NCBI GenBank assembly: GCA_013239625.1
Contig: MU054400.1
Coordinates: 1,471,146-1,535,145, forward strand
From: Lama guanicoe
Taxonomy: Eukaryota
Length of the DNA: 64,000 nt
Direction of reading: 5' to 3'
The notes beneath the pieces were generated by a model. The model made no database searches. It was not told where the DNA came from and was given only the letters and a program-made list of their open reading frames with translations. Below, piece by piece: positions 22,947 to 34,280 of the stretch. How positions within the stretch are numbered: the stretch's first letter is position 1; every line of letters begins with the position of its first letter. The position numbers and the translations under genes were made by a program.

Positions 22947-25900
22947 AGCCTGGCAATGAGGCCTAGTGGAGCTTCGCATCCATTGGGTGTATTCTGAACC
23001 CAAATTGGCGCCGGCTGCTCAGGTGACCGCAAGTGGAGTTCGGTGATTCATCTAATGTTAGATTGAATTTTATTATTAGCAGAATTCATGACTGTAGAGC
23101 AAAAGTCTTAAAGAACATGGCAGCAGAGTTTCCCTTGCGTGTTTCTGTCTGCCACCAACTGAGAAATGGAGGAAAACTAAGTTTTCAGCTTCTTGACATA
23201 GCTAACAGTCTCTGTAGGGGAATTGTAGAATAGCCTCCAACTGAAGAATTCCAAATATAGGCATTAGAAAAAGGCTTGGCAGTTTGAGCACCCATAAAAA
23301 TGGTAATTCATCAGTCAAGACTGATGCCAAAGGACAGAAACATTGATGATTTTTTTTTTTTTAACAAAACAGCATCACTTTGTTCCCAAATACAAGGAGA
23401 AATAACACTTGGACGTGGGAAAGAAAAAGAACTTCACAGAAGAGGCCAGCTGAAGCTGAAGACATTTTTACAGGTAAATGATTAAAGCTAGGAAACAAAT
23501 TAATTTTGAGCTTTCATAAATAGCAAATGTAGACCCAGTTCCCCTGACCTTCCTGTACCATAAAGCAAAACAGAAGATACCAAGTGTGTTGGTGGAGCTT
23601 GCTGGTAGCCCCATAATACCCCATGTTTAATTTTTAAAAGAAGTGTCACAAGCAAGATGCTAACTGTATTGGTGATCATGTCCCTCTAAAGGCTGGATTG
23701 ATGAGTAAAGAATGAAACAGTGGCTAGCCAAAGCGTGGTCCAGGTATCATGAAGGGAGGGAAGTGTTAAGAAATCTGGTTGCTTAGTTTGGAATTAGTTT
23801 CCAGATCGTATGACTGAAGTTGTTAAGACATTTCTATTAGCTGTATTCCTGGGAGATCTTACTAGCCCCATCCCTCCTTTACGTTTGTTTCAAAGAGGCC
23901 CTTAAATGATTCATAAAGAAAGAATGAACTAGGGGAAACAGGAGGCTTCAGATTCTGAGGCAACACTGACAAGAAGGAGCTGGCCCACCATTTCATAAGA
24001 GTGTGTGTGTGTGTGTGCACCTGTGCGTGCATGGTGTTATTTCCTGAAAAAGATAGTGCTAAAATCATTTTAAAAAAAATCATATCAATAGTTTTCTGGA
24101 TTGCACTGAGAATGACTTATTGTTAGAAGATAGTAATGACTCAGTTTTAAAGCAGTGACATGCTTTAGTACTTCAACGTTAAAGGAAAATTCAGGATTCT
24201 AAGGATTATGATGAGTTTTCGTGTTTGCGGGATTATGGTTTTGTACATTTTGGGGATGATTGATATTTAGAATTTTCTTCTTCTTTTTGCATTCCTAGTA
24301 AAAGCCATTAATTGTCTTTCTGTTGAATACTGGCATACTAGTATTCAGTAAAATACTTATTTTTACTGTGTGCATGAGCAAGGCATTGGAAATCCTCCAA
24401 CTTTATAATTTCATTTTATGCTTTGCACTTATTTTTACTGAAATATTTATTTATCTAAGCAGCAATTTTCTGGAAAGTTGTTTTATCTCCTCTCCCATTG
24501 GGTCCTTGTGAATTTATGCCTTTACAAACATGCACACCAGAAGCATTTACTGTAGTTTTAGTTAGGACTCAGGAGTGAAAATAAATGCATGTGTTTAATT
24601 TGCCATCGTTCCCCTGAACTCCTACTTGTCTTTGAATTTAATGGCGTTGATCTTTGCCCCTTATGGTTTGTGTTTTATGGTTTATCTTCTACCTCAAGAT
24701 TATAAACACGCTGACCTGTATTTTCTTCTATCACGTATATTTTAAACATTAGCTCTTTAATCCTATGATGAGGTGTGAAAAATATTGGAGCTATGATAAT
24801 GAGAAGGTAGAGGTATTTAAAAAAGGGAAAACAATTAGAATCTTTAAGAAAAACAAAAATCTGAGTGGCAAAGGGAAAGTAAGCATAACACACTACTTTG
24901 CTCTGCAGTGAACGAGTGAACGGCATTTGCCTGGTCATCATAAAGTCAAGTCTGATCACTATCTAAATATAGTGGTATAGCTATATTTAGAGGGTAAAGT
25001 GACAGGAAAAGAGGGTTAGTAAGGGAGCTAAATCTCCACTTTTTATAATAGGAAGTCAATTGATCACTTTAAAAATAGGTAAATCAAGAAGCAGAGGTAT
25101 GAACAGAGTATTTAGACATATGGCACTAACTCCTAGAAAAAGTAGCTTAAGAGTTAACAGTTGCAGGAAATGCTTGTTCAGAATAAGCCTTTTGGTACTT
25201 TTTGATTTTTTTTTTAACCATGACTAGGTATTATTTGATTTTTGGGGGATTATGCACCTTACAGAAAGAAAGAAAAAAAGGACAGTATTGTCAAAGATGA
25301 AGACAGCCAAGGAGAGTGGGGACTCTTTCTCTGATGGAATAAATATCATATTGCATGCCTCCTCAGGGCAGGGCTTGAGGCAAATACCAAGTATGCAATA
25401 TGGCAGGATAATTTAGTGAAATATGAAGTTTTGTTTTGTTCTGCCTATGTTTTTCTTTCTCTTTTTACTGATGTATTCCTTTTCTCTTTAGAGCAAAAAG
25501 GGTTTCAGTAGGGCTGAGAGTAGAGGCACCCTGATATCAGAGTCCTTTACTGCCTTTGTAAAAGTCAAAAGCAAATCTGGGAAGAGATTATACCTTGGAG
25601 GGACTGGGAAGAGAGAGGGTTTTGGAAAGAGTTCCCTAAGACTGGAGAGGGGGTTGGTGTGTACATCCAGCCAGTGTAGGCAAAGGACTCTAATCACTGG
25701 CTGTGATGAAGCAAGTGGCAGGACCTGAGTAGTTGGCTCTGGGGGGTGTCCGGGGAAGCCTGGTCCAAGCCAAGAGGCTGTCAGCTGAACTCCCATGGCT
25801 CAATTGTGCCACAGGGCTGAGAGTTTGAGAGTCCGGGGGGAGTCATACCTACTGGGAACACAGGGACCACAGCATTCACTGGTGAGACGGATGTCCAGTG

Positions 25901-27207
25901 ATGGGATGGTGTTGGGGGCACAGAGGAAGCCTCCCCTGTGCCTTTCTGTTTCTGTGAGCTTTGCACAGCCCTTGGCAGATGGGATTTCAAGAGCTCCAGC
26001 AAGCCCACCTGGCTTGGAGTAGTTTGATTGAAAGAACATTTTAAAGTGCAATAAATCTTGCACATCTGAGTTTGGAGATTTAAGATCACACCTGCTGCAC
26101 AAGGCTAGGTAGGGAGGAGCCCCTGTCTTCACTGGCCTCGGGAGGAGCGGACAGCGAATATCTGAATGACTTTATAATGGGTAAGTGCCGTGGTCTGCTC
26201 AGGCACTGGTGGATGGAAAAGGTGGTGGGGCAGCCAGCCACTTCCAGCTCCTTGCCCCTCTCCCAGGATCTGTTCCCTTCTTTCCCACATGGCCTGGCCC
26301 CATCTGGTAGTCCTCTCTCTCCCAGCCTCGGGATGGAGTGGAGAATAGGAGGACCTCTGCTCTGGGGAGGGAGAGGTAGCGGAGAGCCAGACTGCAGTCT
26401 TTTTGGAGAGGAGACTGATTTATATCTGAATTCTGAGGTTCCAGATACCTGCCATGGGACACTTGTTCCTTGGCCTCAAGAAGTTAAAGGGGCTGAAGTA
26501 CCCTGGGCCCCAGCCACAGGAGAAAGGAGAAAAGGGAAAGGGAGGCCGCTTTCCCAGCTGGAAGGGAGCTGAGGGAGGAATGGAGAGCCTGGCTAGGAAC
26601 TGAGAGCACACAGCCCCATTACACAATGAGGAGAGGCCAGGGGCCCAGCGTCACTGATCAGGCCGGAATCTTCTTGGTCTTTGGGAGGATGGGGGCTCTC
26701 GAGGTCTCCCAGGGCTGGAACTCAGGTTTCAGTAGAACTTGTTTGCCTATGTTACAGGTGGGCCCAGGCTCCAGCCACCCTCCTGGGGACCCTCCCAAAG
26801 AGGTACTTGGAGGCTCATATTCTGTTGGTCCCAAGAAAAGGGGAGGTAGTCCCTGGTGAAGCTGGGAGTGAGAGAATGCTGGACGGAATCTGGGGAGGGA
26901 TCTCTTCTGGGTTTGCAGAGCTGTTGGGGATGAGTTCCCCGGGGGCCAGTGTCTCTCCATTGGCAGGGATTTCTCAGAGACCAGGAGCAGCCTAGGCCCA
27001 TCCTGTCTGTCAGCGTTCCTTTTGCTGCCCACAGATCTGGACACCTGGGAAGAAAGGATTCTCTGGATGGGTGAGAACATAGAATTCGCCACCCTGAGCT
27101 CTTGGCCAGGAGCCCAGCGTGTGTGACCCCACCCTGTGGTGTCACTGGCTTCTCTGTGGACATAAACAGACAGGAACAGATACTTGGGAAGAAGGCTGGA
27201 ATGGCTC

Positions 27208-27213
27208 TTTATT
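27208..27213 (-). terminator. CCL21: CCL21 polyadenylation signal AATAAA
   Basis: tttatt on + strand about 380 nt past the stop, preceded on - by AU-rich 3'UTR sequence. Confidence 0.8.
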
Positions 27214-27590
27214 TGCTTAGGTATAAATCATATTTACAAAGACTAGGTGGGGTGCAGTGGGGAGCAGGGTCAGGTCCAGGGCTCTGAGTGACCTTCCCTC
27301 AGAGGGGACAGTCCTGCTGCCCCTCACACTTCCTGGAGGACATTCCCTTCTCTGCTTCTCTAGGCCTGGCCTGGTGTGGGCATCTCAGCCATGTAGGGGA
27401 GGGTAGGAGTACAGAAGGGCTGGTTGAAATTGGAGAAGGGGTGAGAAGCTGGACAAGGTCAGCATGGGGTGGCTGCTCCGGGGCCCCCGAGTCCTCCCTC
27501 TCTCCTGGCCCACTTCTTGTCCCTTGGGTTGGGGCTCCAAGCCCTGGTGAGACTGGTGGGGGCCTCCTGGGCTCCAGGCTGGTCACTGGG

Positions 27591-27615
27591 CTATAACCCC
27601 TTTGGGTTCTTCGTC
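27591..27615 (-). CDS. CCL21: CCL21 coding exon 4
   Basis: ctcccag acceptor, (R)TKNPKGL* TAG. Confidence 0.9.
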
Positions 27616-28247
27616 CTGGGAGGGCAGAAGAGGGCTTTGAGGGGATGATCAAGGCTCCCTTTCACTTCTCTCCCCCTGTCCCTTCAGCTTCCTCACCTCT
27701 TAGAGCCTTTGGAGCCCTTTCCCTTCTTGTCAGACTTGGAGGCCCTCTTGTCCTTGCTGCCCTGGCGGGCTGGTGACTTGTCCAGACGCTTCATCAGCTG
27801 CTGCACCCAGGCCTCCTTAGGGTCTGCACATAGCTCCGGCTGAGAGCTCTTCCGAGGCAAGAACCTGTGGTTCGGGGGTTAGCAAGCCTGTCCTAGTCTT
27901 GCCCACCATGCCCTCCCCACTCAGGTGCCAGCCTGTACCCGCCCCCTTGCACCCACTTACAGGATAGCCGGGATGGGGCAACCCAGGCTTGGTTCCTGCT
28001 TCCGGTAGCCGAGGACAATTTTGTTGGGAATCTTCTTTTGGCTGTACTTGAGGCAGCAGTCCTGTGCTCCTCCATCACTGCCTGCAAGTGGATTCACCGG
28101 GAGTGAGGGGCTGCTTATAGGCTCCCACTCAGGCCTCTCCAGCCCCTTGCTCCCATTCTAGGCAACTCCCTCCTTAATACCTTGGATCTGGAGTATGCAG
28201 AAGGCCAGGACCAGGACAAGGACGCTCAGAACCAGTGACTGAGCCAT
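27591..28247 (-). CDS. CCL21: C-C motif chemokine 21 (SLC/6Ckine), 4 coding exons, 126 aa
   Basis: Exons 28247-28181, 28081-27961, 27864-27697 and 27615-27591 (381 nt, all GT-AG) give MAQSLVLSVLVLVLAFCILQIQGSDGGAQDCCLKYSQKKIPNKIVLGYRKQEPSLGCPIPAILFLPRKSSQPELCADPKEAWVQQLMKRLDKSPARQGSKDKRASKSDKKGKGSKGSKRTKNPKGL*. Confidence 0.97.
27697..27864 (-). CDS. CCL21: CCL21 coding exon 3
   Basis: FLPRKSSQPELCADPKEAWVQQLM plus basic tail, donor GTGAGG. Confidence 0.96.
27961..28081 (-). CDS. CCL21: CCL21 coding exon 2
   Basis: SDGGAQDCCLKYSQKKIP...GCPIPAIL, donor GTAAGT. Confidence 0.96.
28181..28247 (-). CDS. CCL21: CCL21 coding exon 1 (signal peptide)
   Basis: Kozak gccATGG, MAQSLVLSVLVLVLAFCILQIQ, donor GTATTA. 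Confidence 0.95.
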
Positions 28248-28321
28248 GGCCGCAGTAGAGCTTGGCTGAGGCAGACAGCTCCAAGTTGGGGGTCCGTGTA
28301 TGGGCTAGGGCTGGTGTGCTG

Positions 28322-28354
28322 CCTATTTATGCAGGCGGACACTTTCACTTCCCC
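28322..28354 (-). promoter_or_regulatory. CCL21: CCL21 core promoter: TATA-like box and Ets/IRF composite site
   Basis: On - strand GGGGAAGTGAAAGT followed 9 nt later by CATAAATAGG, about 80 nt upstream of the ATG. Confidence 0.65.
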
Positions 28355-28654
28355 CATCCCCAGCCACTGTCCAGGCAAGAAGAGGGCTCTCCCTCCTTTT
28401 CCTTCCTGAGAGGCAGATCCTTTCTTGGCACTCAGCCTCACTAGTATGTGGAAATGCAAACTTCACACGGCCAGTCAGTGTCCCCAGGCCACCAGAGTAC
28501 CTCCTCAATATCATTTCTGAAAGGCCCTCCTTCCTTTCCCAGCCACTGCCTTGGTGCAGGCCTCACCACCTCTCCTCTGGAACACTGCGATTGCCACCTC
28601 GTTTCACTCCAGGCTCCACGCTCTCCCCTTCCTTCAAGCAGGGTGAGGACTTTT

Positions 28655-31600
28655 CCAAAATTATAAATCTGATTATTGAATTGTGAGAGTTCATTGTACA
28701 TTCTGAATAATATACCCTTATCAAATATATTATTTGTAAGTATTTCCTCCCATTCTGTGGGTTGTTTTTTCACTCTCTTGACAGTGTCCTTTGATGCATA
28801 AAATTTTTAAATTTTGATGAAGTTCAGTTTATTTTTAATTCTGTTGCCTATGTTTTTCGTGTCATATTTAAGAAACCATTGCCAAGTCCAAGGCTATGAA
28901 GATTTCCTCCTATGTTTTTCCCCCAGTTTTACTGAGGTATAATTGACAAAATTGTATACATTTAAAGTGTACAATGTAATGATTTGATACATGTATACAT
29001 TGAGAAATAATTACCACAATCGAGTTAATTAACACCTCCATCACTTCACATAGTTATACCTTTTCCTTTTTTTGTAGTGAGAATGCTTGAGATCTACTTT
29101 CTTAGCAGATTTCAAGTATACAATACAGTATTATTGCCTACAGTCACCATGCTGTACATTCGATCCTCAGAACTTACTAATTTCATAACTGAAAGTTTGT
29201 ACCCTTTGACAAACATGTCCCCATTTCCCCAACCCCAGCCCCTGGCAACCACCATTTTACTCTGTTTCTATGTGTTTGGCTTTTTGTTTTGATTCCACAT
29301 GTAAGTGATATATAGTATTTGTGTTTCTCTGACGTACTTCACTTAGTATATCCTCCAGGTTCATCCATATTGTCACAAATGTCAGGGTTTCCTTCTTTTT
29401 CTTATGGCTGAATAATATTCCATGGTGTGTGTGTGTGTGTGTGTGTGTATGTATATATATATGTATATGTATGTGTGTATATTTATTTACCACATCTTCT
29501 GTATCCATTCATCCATTAACAGGCACTCAGGCTGTTTCCATATCTTGGCTATTGTGAATAATAATGCAACGAATAAGGTAGTACAGATATCACTTCAAGG
29601 GAGTTATTTGATTTCCTTTGGAAATATGCCCAGAAATGGGATTGCTGGATCATGTGGCAGTTCTATTTTTAATTTTTTGAGGGGCTTCCATACTGCTTTC
29701 CATTATGACTGTACCAGTTTACATTCTCAATGCAAAAATGTTCCATTTTCTCCACATCTTTCCCAGCATTTGTTATCTCTTACGTTATTGATAATAGCTA
29801 CTTAAACAGGTATGGTATATCTCATTGTGGTTTTGATTTGCATTTCCTTAATGATTAGTGATGTTGAGCATCTTTTCATATACCTGTTGGTGATTTGTGT
29901 ATCTTCTTAGGAAAACTGTCTATTCAGTTTTTAATCAGATTTTTAATTTGTTTTGCTATTGAGTTGCATGAGCTTCTCACATATTTTAGATATTAACCCC
30001 TTACCAGATATATGGTTTGTAAATATTTTCTCCCATTCCCTATGTCCCTAGGTTGCCTTTTCTTTTTGTTGTTTCTTTTGCTGAAGCTTGCTTGCTTATT
30101 TATTTCTTTAAAACAAGAGCCAGATTTTTTTTTTATTTGTTCATTTCTTGCATTTGAAGTACTTCTTGATAACATCCTTGGCTTGAGAATCTTTGCCAGA
30201 GTCCTTAAACACTGCACAACTGCAACCAAACACTGTACAGGGTTTTCCCTCTATGTCAGTTTTACAGAGGCCTACCCATTCACCTAGTTTTTTGTTGTCA
30301 TCAACCTTAATTAGGTTGATTTGGTGTTCAGCACAGAGGGCCTCCACCAACTTGACATACATAGGCTCATCATGGATGGATGCAAGCACCCAAATATGGG
30401 GTTGGCCCGGGTCTAAGGCTTTGCAGCTTTGTGAATTCCACATGCTAGGCCAGGGGGTGGTCTTCATCACCTCTTGCAAAGCAGCATTAATGTCCATTAT
30501 ACCTCCAGCAGCAGTGCCTTCCTTGGCCATGGCAGTGAGTAATGAGTGGAGCTGAATCTTGCGTGTACCCTGGTCTCCACCTCTGAGCTACTCAGTGATA
30601 GCAGTTTGATGTACTTCTACTTATTTATTATTGCTTTTGTTGTCATTTCCAAAAATACCATTGCCAAGACCAAGATCAAGGAGATTTTCTTCTGTGTTTT
30701 CTTCTAGGAGTCTTATGCTTTCAGGTCTTATATTTAAGTCTTTAATTTGAATTAATTTTTGTGAGTGGTGTAAAATAGGGGTCCAGAATCATTCTTGTAC
30801 ATGTGGCTATCCAGTTTTCCCAACACCATTTATTGAAAAGACTATCCTTTCCCTATTTTATGTTTTTGGTTCCTTTTCAAAGATTAATTGACCATATACG
30901 CATGGGTTTATTTCTGGGCTCTATATTCTATTGGTCTATGTGTCTGTTTTAATGCTAGTACCATACTGTTTTGATTTGTCTTGTGGTTTCTTCTTTGACT
31001 TGTTGTTGTTTGAATGTGTTGTTCAATTTCCAGATATTTGTGACTTTTCTATTTTTCCTTTTGTTACTGATTTCTAGTTTTATTCTGCTGTGATCAGAAA
31101 AGATACTCTGTATGATTTCAATCTTAACATTTTATTAAAAAGTGTTTTTTGGCCTGTCATATAGTCTGTCCTAGGGATGTTCCATATGAACTTCAGAAGA
31201 ATACATATTCTGTTGTTGGGTAGATTTTTGTATGTGTGTGTGTTAGGTCTAATTCATTTATAGCATTGTTTAAGTTCTCTATTTTCTTACTGATCTTTTG
31301 TGTGGTTGTTCTATCCATTATTGAAAGTGGGATGTTAAGTTCTACAATTATTATTATTGTAGAACTGTCAACCCTCCCCTTCAATTCTGTCAATTTTTGC
31401 TTTATATATTATGAGGCTTGGCTGTTAGCTGTTTATAATGTTATGTCTTTTTCTGTATCAAATATCTTATCAATATGTAATGTCCTTTTTGGTGGCTTAT
31501 AACCTTTTTTGACAAAGGTCTATTTTGTCTGATAGTAATATAGCCACCATAGCTCTCTTTTGGTCACTAGTTGCTTGGTATACTTTTTCCATTCTTTTAT

Positions 31601-33270
31601 CTTAAAGCTCTGTATTTGTATCTCAGGTTAGTCTCTTGTACATGGCATACGGATGGATCATTTTTTGAAATTCATTCAGATACTCTATGCCTTTTAATTA
31701 GAGAGTTGGATTCATTTACTTTTTTTTCCATGTTATTTATTTTTTCTTCCAATTTTATTGAGATATAATTGACATACAGCACTGTATAATTTTAAGGTAT
31801 ACAGCATAATGATTTGACTTACACACATCATGAAATGATTACCACAAATGGTTAAGTGACTACCCATCATCTCATATAAAACTAATATAATAGATATAAA
31901 ACTAATGAAATAGAAAAAATATTTTTTTCTTTGTGATGAGAACTCTTAGGATTTACTCTCAACAACTTTCATGTATGACATATAGCAGTGTTAATTATAT
32001 TAATCATTTGTACATTACATCCCTAGTACTTATTTATCTAATAACTGGAAGTTTGTACCTTTTGACTACCCTCATCCAATCCTCCCTTCCCCAACCCCCA
32101 TCTCTTGTAACCAAAAATCCAATCTCTTTTTCTATGAGTTTGTTTGTTTTTGAAGTATAATTGACCTACAACACTATGTTAGTTCCTGCTGCACACCACA
32201 GTGGTTCAATATTTCTATACGTTTCAAAATAATTACCAGGATAGGCCTAGTTACCATCTGTCACCATATAAAATATTACCTAATTACTGACTATATTGAC
32301 ACTGTACATTTCATACCTGTGACTCATTTATTTAAATCACTTATAAGGAAGGATTTATTTCTGTTATTTAGCTGTTTGTTTTCTGTATATCTTAACATGA
32401 TTTTTGTTCCTCATTTCCTCCATTACTGCCTTTCTTTGTATTCAGTTGATTTTTTTTAGTGTACTAGTTCGATTCCCCTCTTTTTTCCTTTTCTATATAT
32501 TTTTAATTTTCTTAGTGATTACCTGGGAGATTACAATTACTATCTTAAACTTATAATAATCTAGTTTGAATAGTACTAACTTAGTTTCAATAGTACAAAC
32601 ACTCTGCTTGTATACTTTAGTTCCGCCTCCTTTATATTGTTATTGTCACAGATTACATCTTTATGTTGTTGTGTACCCATAATATAGGGGTTGCAGGTAT
32701 TTACTTGTTAAGGGCTGCAGCCATCCATTTTGACTTTTCCAAATAACTTTTGCCAAGTGTGTATTCTTTGTTGTGCATGGTCCCTGAAATTTCTGTTCGC
32801 TTATTTCTGTGGTCAACCAATGATCTGACAAAGGTTTCTTTCCCCTTCTCCCACAAAAAGATTTATGTCCCCTTAAATATTCTGATGTATGCCACTGTGG
32901 AAGGTGCTGCAGCCCAAGAGGGCTGAAACCAAGGCAAGCATCTGCACCTGTCCCTCAGGGAGCCACTGGACCAACCAAAATGTAAAACCTCCAATTTTTG
33001 AAGAACAAGGTTCTCTCCCACCCCCAAGTCATTCCAGGAGTGTGGGCTGCCGTCCCCACAGCATTGACTAGTAGCTAGTTCATGCACGATGCTTTCTTAT
33101 GAAAGATCAACATCCTCTCCCCTGATCAAGTACTCCCCTGATTATTATGTGTCCAATTAGGTTCCAGAATTCTGAAATAGGTGATTCATTGCTCTTTTCA
33201 GCTCGGTGGTTGCTTCAGCAGAGGAACTGACCCCTAGAGCTTTCTGCTCTGACATTTTGCATGCCATCAT
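28655..33270 (-). mobile_element. Block of nested L1 fragments (hosts the RPS12 retrocopy)
   Basis: Several L1 ORF2/3'UTR segments; ORF remnants such as MKKQPTEWEEIL and endonuclease-like MTELKGRVDSSTIII. Confidence 0.85.
30105..30602 (-). pseudogene. RPS12: 40S ribosomal protein S12 processed pseudogene
   Basis: Intronless ORF 30530-30141 ([21 protein letters not shown]...[37 protein letters not shown]...YFKCKK). It has a CpG-decayed 5'UTR and an AATAAA/A-rich 3' end, and it interrupts an L1 fragment. Confidence 0.95.
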
Positions 33271-34096
33271 TCTTATAGTTTAATTTCCAACATTTAAAAT
33301 CTTTTATCCATTTGGAATTTATGCTGGGGTATGGTGAGTGAGGATTATCAGGTCTTGACTTACAATATATGTTTAAAGGATTGAGTATCTCAGAGTTGTG
33401 ATCACCAGGTTAAGACTAGAAAGTCCATTTGGTTCCCAGAATGCTAAACCCAGGATGCCCCTCCCCTCTAGGCTTATCCCAGCTCTCTGAAGCTTTATGG
33501 GAATGGGAGACCATAGGGATATGTGGAGAGGACAGGATTGGGAGGGATGCAGTCATGACAGTGTGGGCCAGGGACGAGGTAGTGACAGAAAGATTGCGCC
33601 TATGATAGGGGTGTTGCTCTTGGGGAAGGATTGGATGCAGAGGGGATGGGGGTTGGAGATAGGGATGTTGTTGGGATGGGGATGAGGACATGGTGTTTTA
33701 TCCCAAGGCTCACAGAAGAGAGGGGCTGGAATCTGAGGGAATTACAAGAGAGATACTTGAGCTCTTGAGTCTGAGATTTTAAAATAAGGGGCTGAGACCT
33801 TAAGCAAGGCAGGGAGTGCCCCAGCTGGCAAGAGGCTGGCATTCCTAGAACAGGACAGGGCGAAAACAAGGAGATAAGATTTCTTGAGTCTTTTACCTGG
33901 TCTTATAGCAGATCCTGGCACCAGAAACCTTTTAATTTCCATCTCTAAAATCTCCCGTTCCCCCATCTGCACCACCTTCTGTGGAAGTGACTAAGTAATG
34001 AGCAGCCTATCTCTGAAGAGTTCCCAGAGAGGTAGGATAGCATGGGCCTGAGGGGACATGTAGATCAGTCCAGAGTCATATCATATTAGATTGTTT

Positions 34097-34280
34097 CCAC
34101 TGTTCTCAAACTTGGCTGCACTTCAGAATCACAGGAGGAGCTTATTAAAAATACAGAATTAGAGGCACCACCCCAGACCACCTTAAATAGAACCTCAGAA
34201 TAGAGCCAAATGATCTATATTTTTACCAAGCTTTCTGGGTACTCCCAAGAATTTGGTGGGGTGGGGCTGGGAGAGCCACC
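34097..34280 (-). mobile_element. MER5B-like DNA transposon
   Basis: cactgttctcaaacttggctgcacttcagaatcac...attaaaaatacaga. Confidence 0.7.

Noticed and set aside
24962..24991. 11-bp inverted repeat
   Set aside because: Short, AT-rich and inside an old L1-like fragment; plausible by chance.
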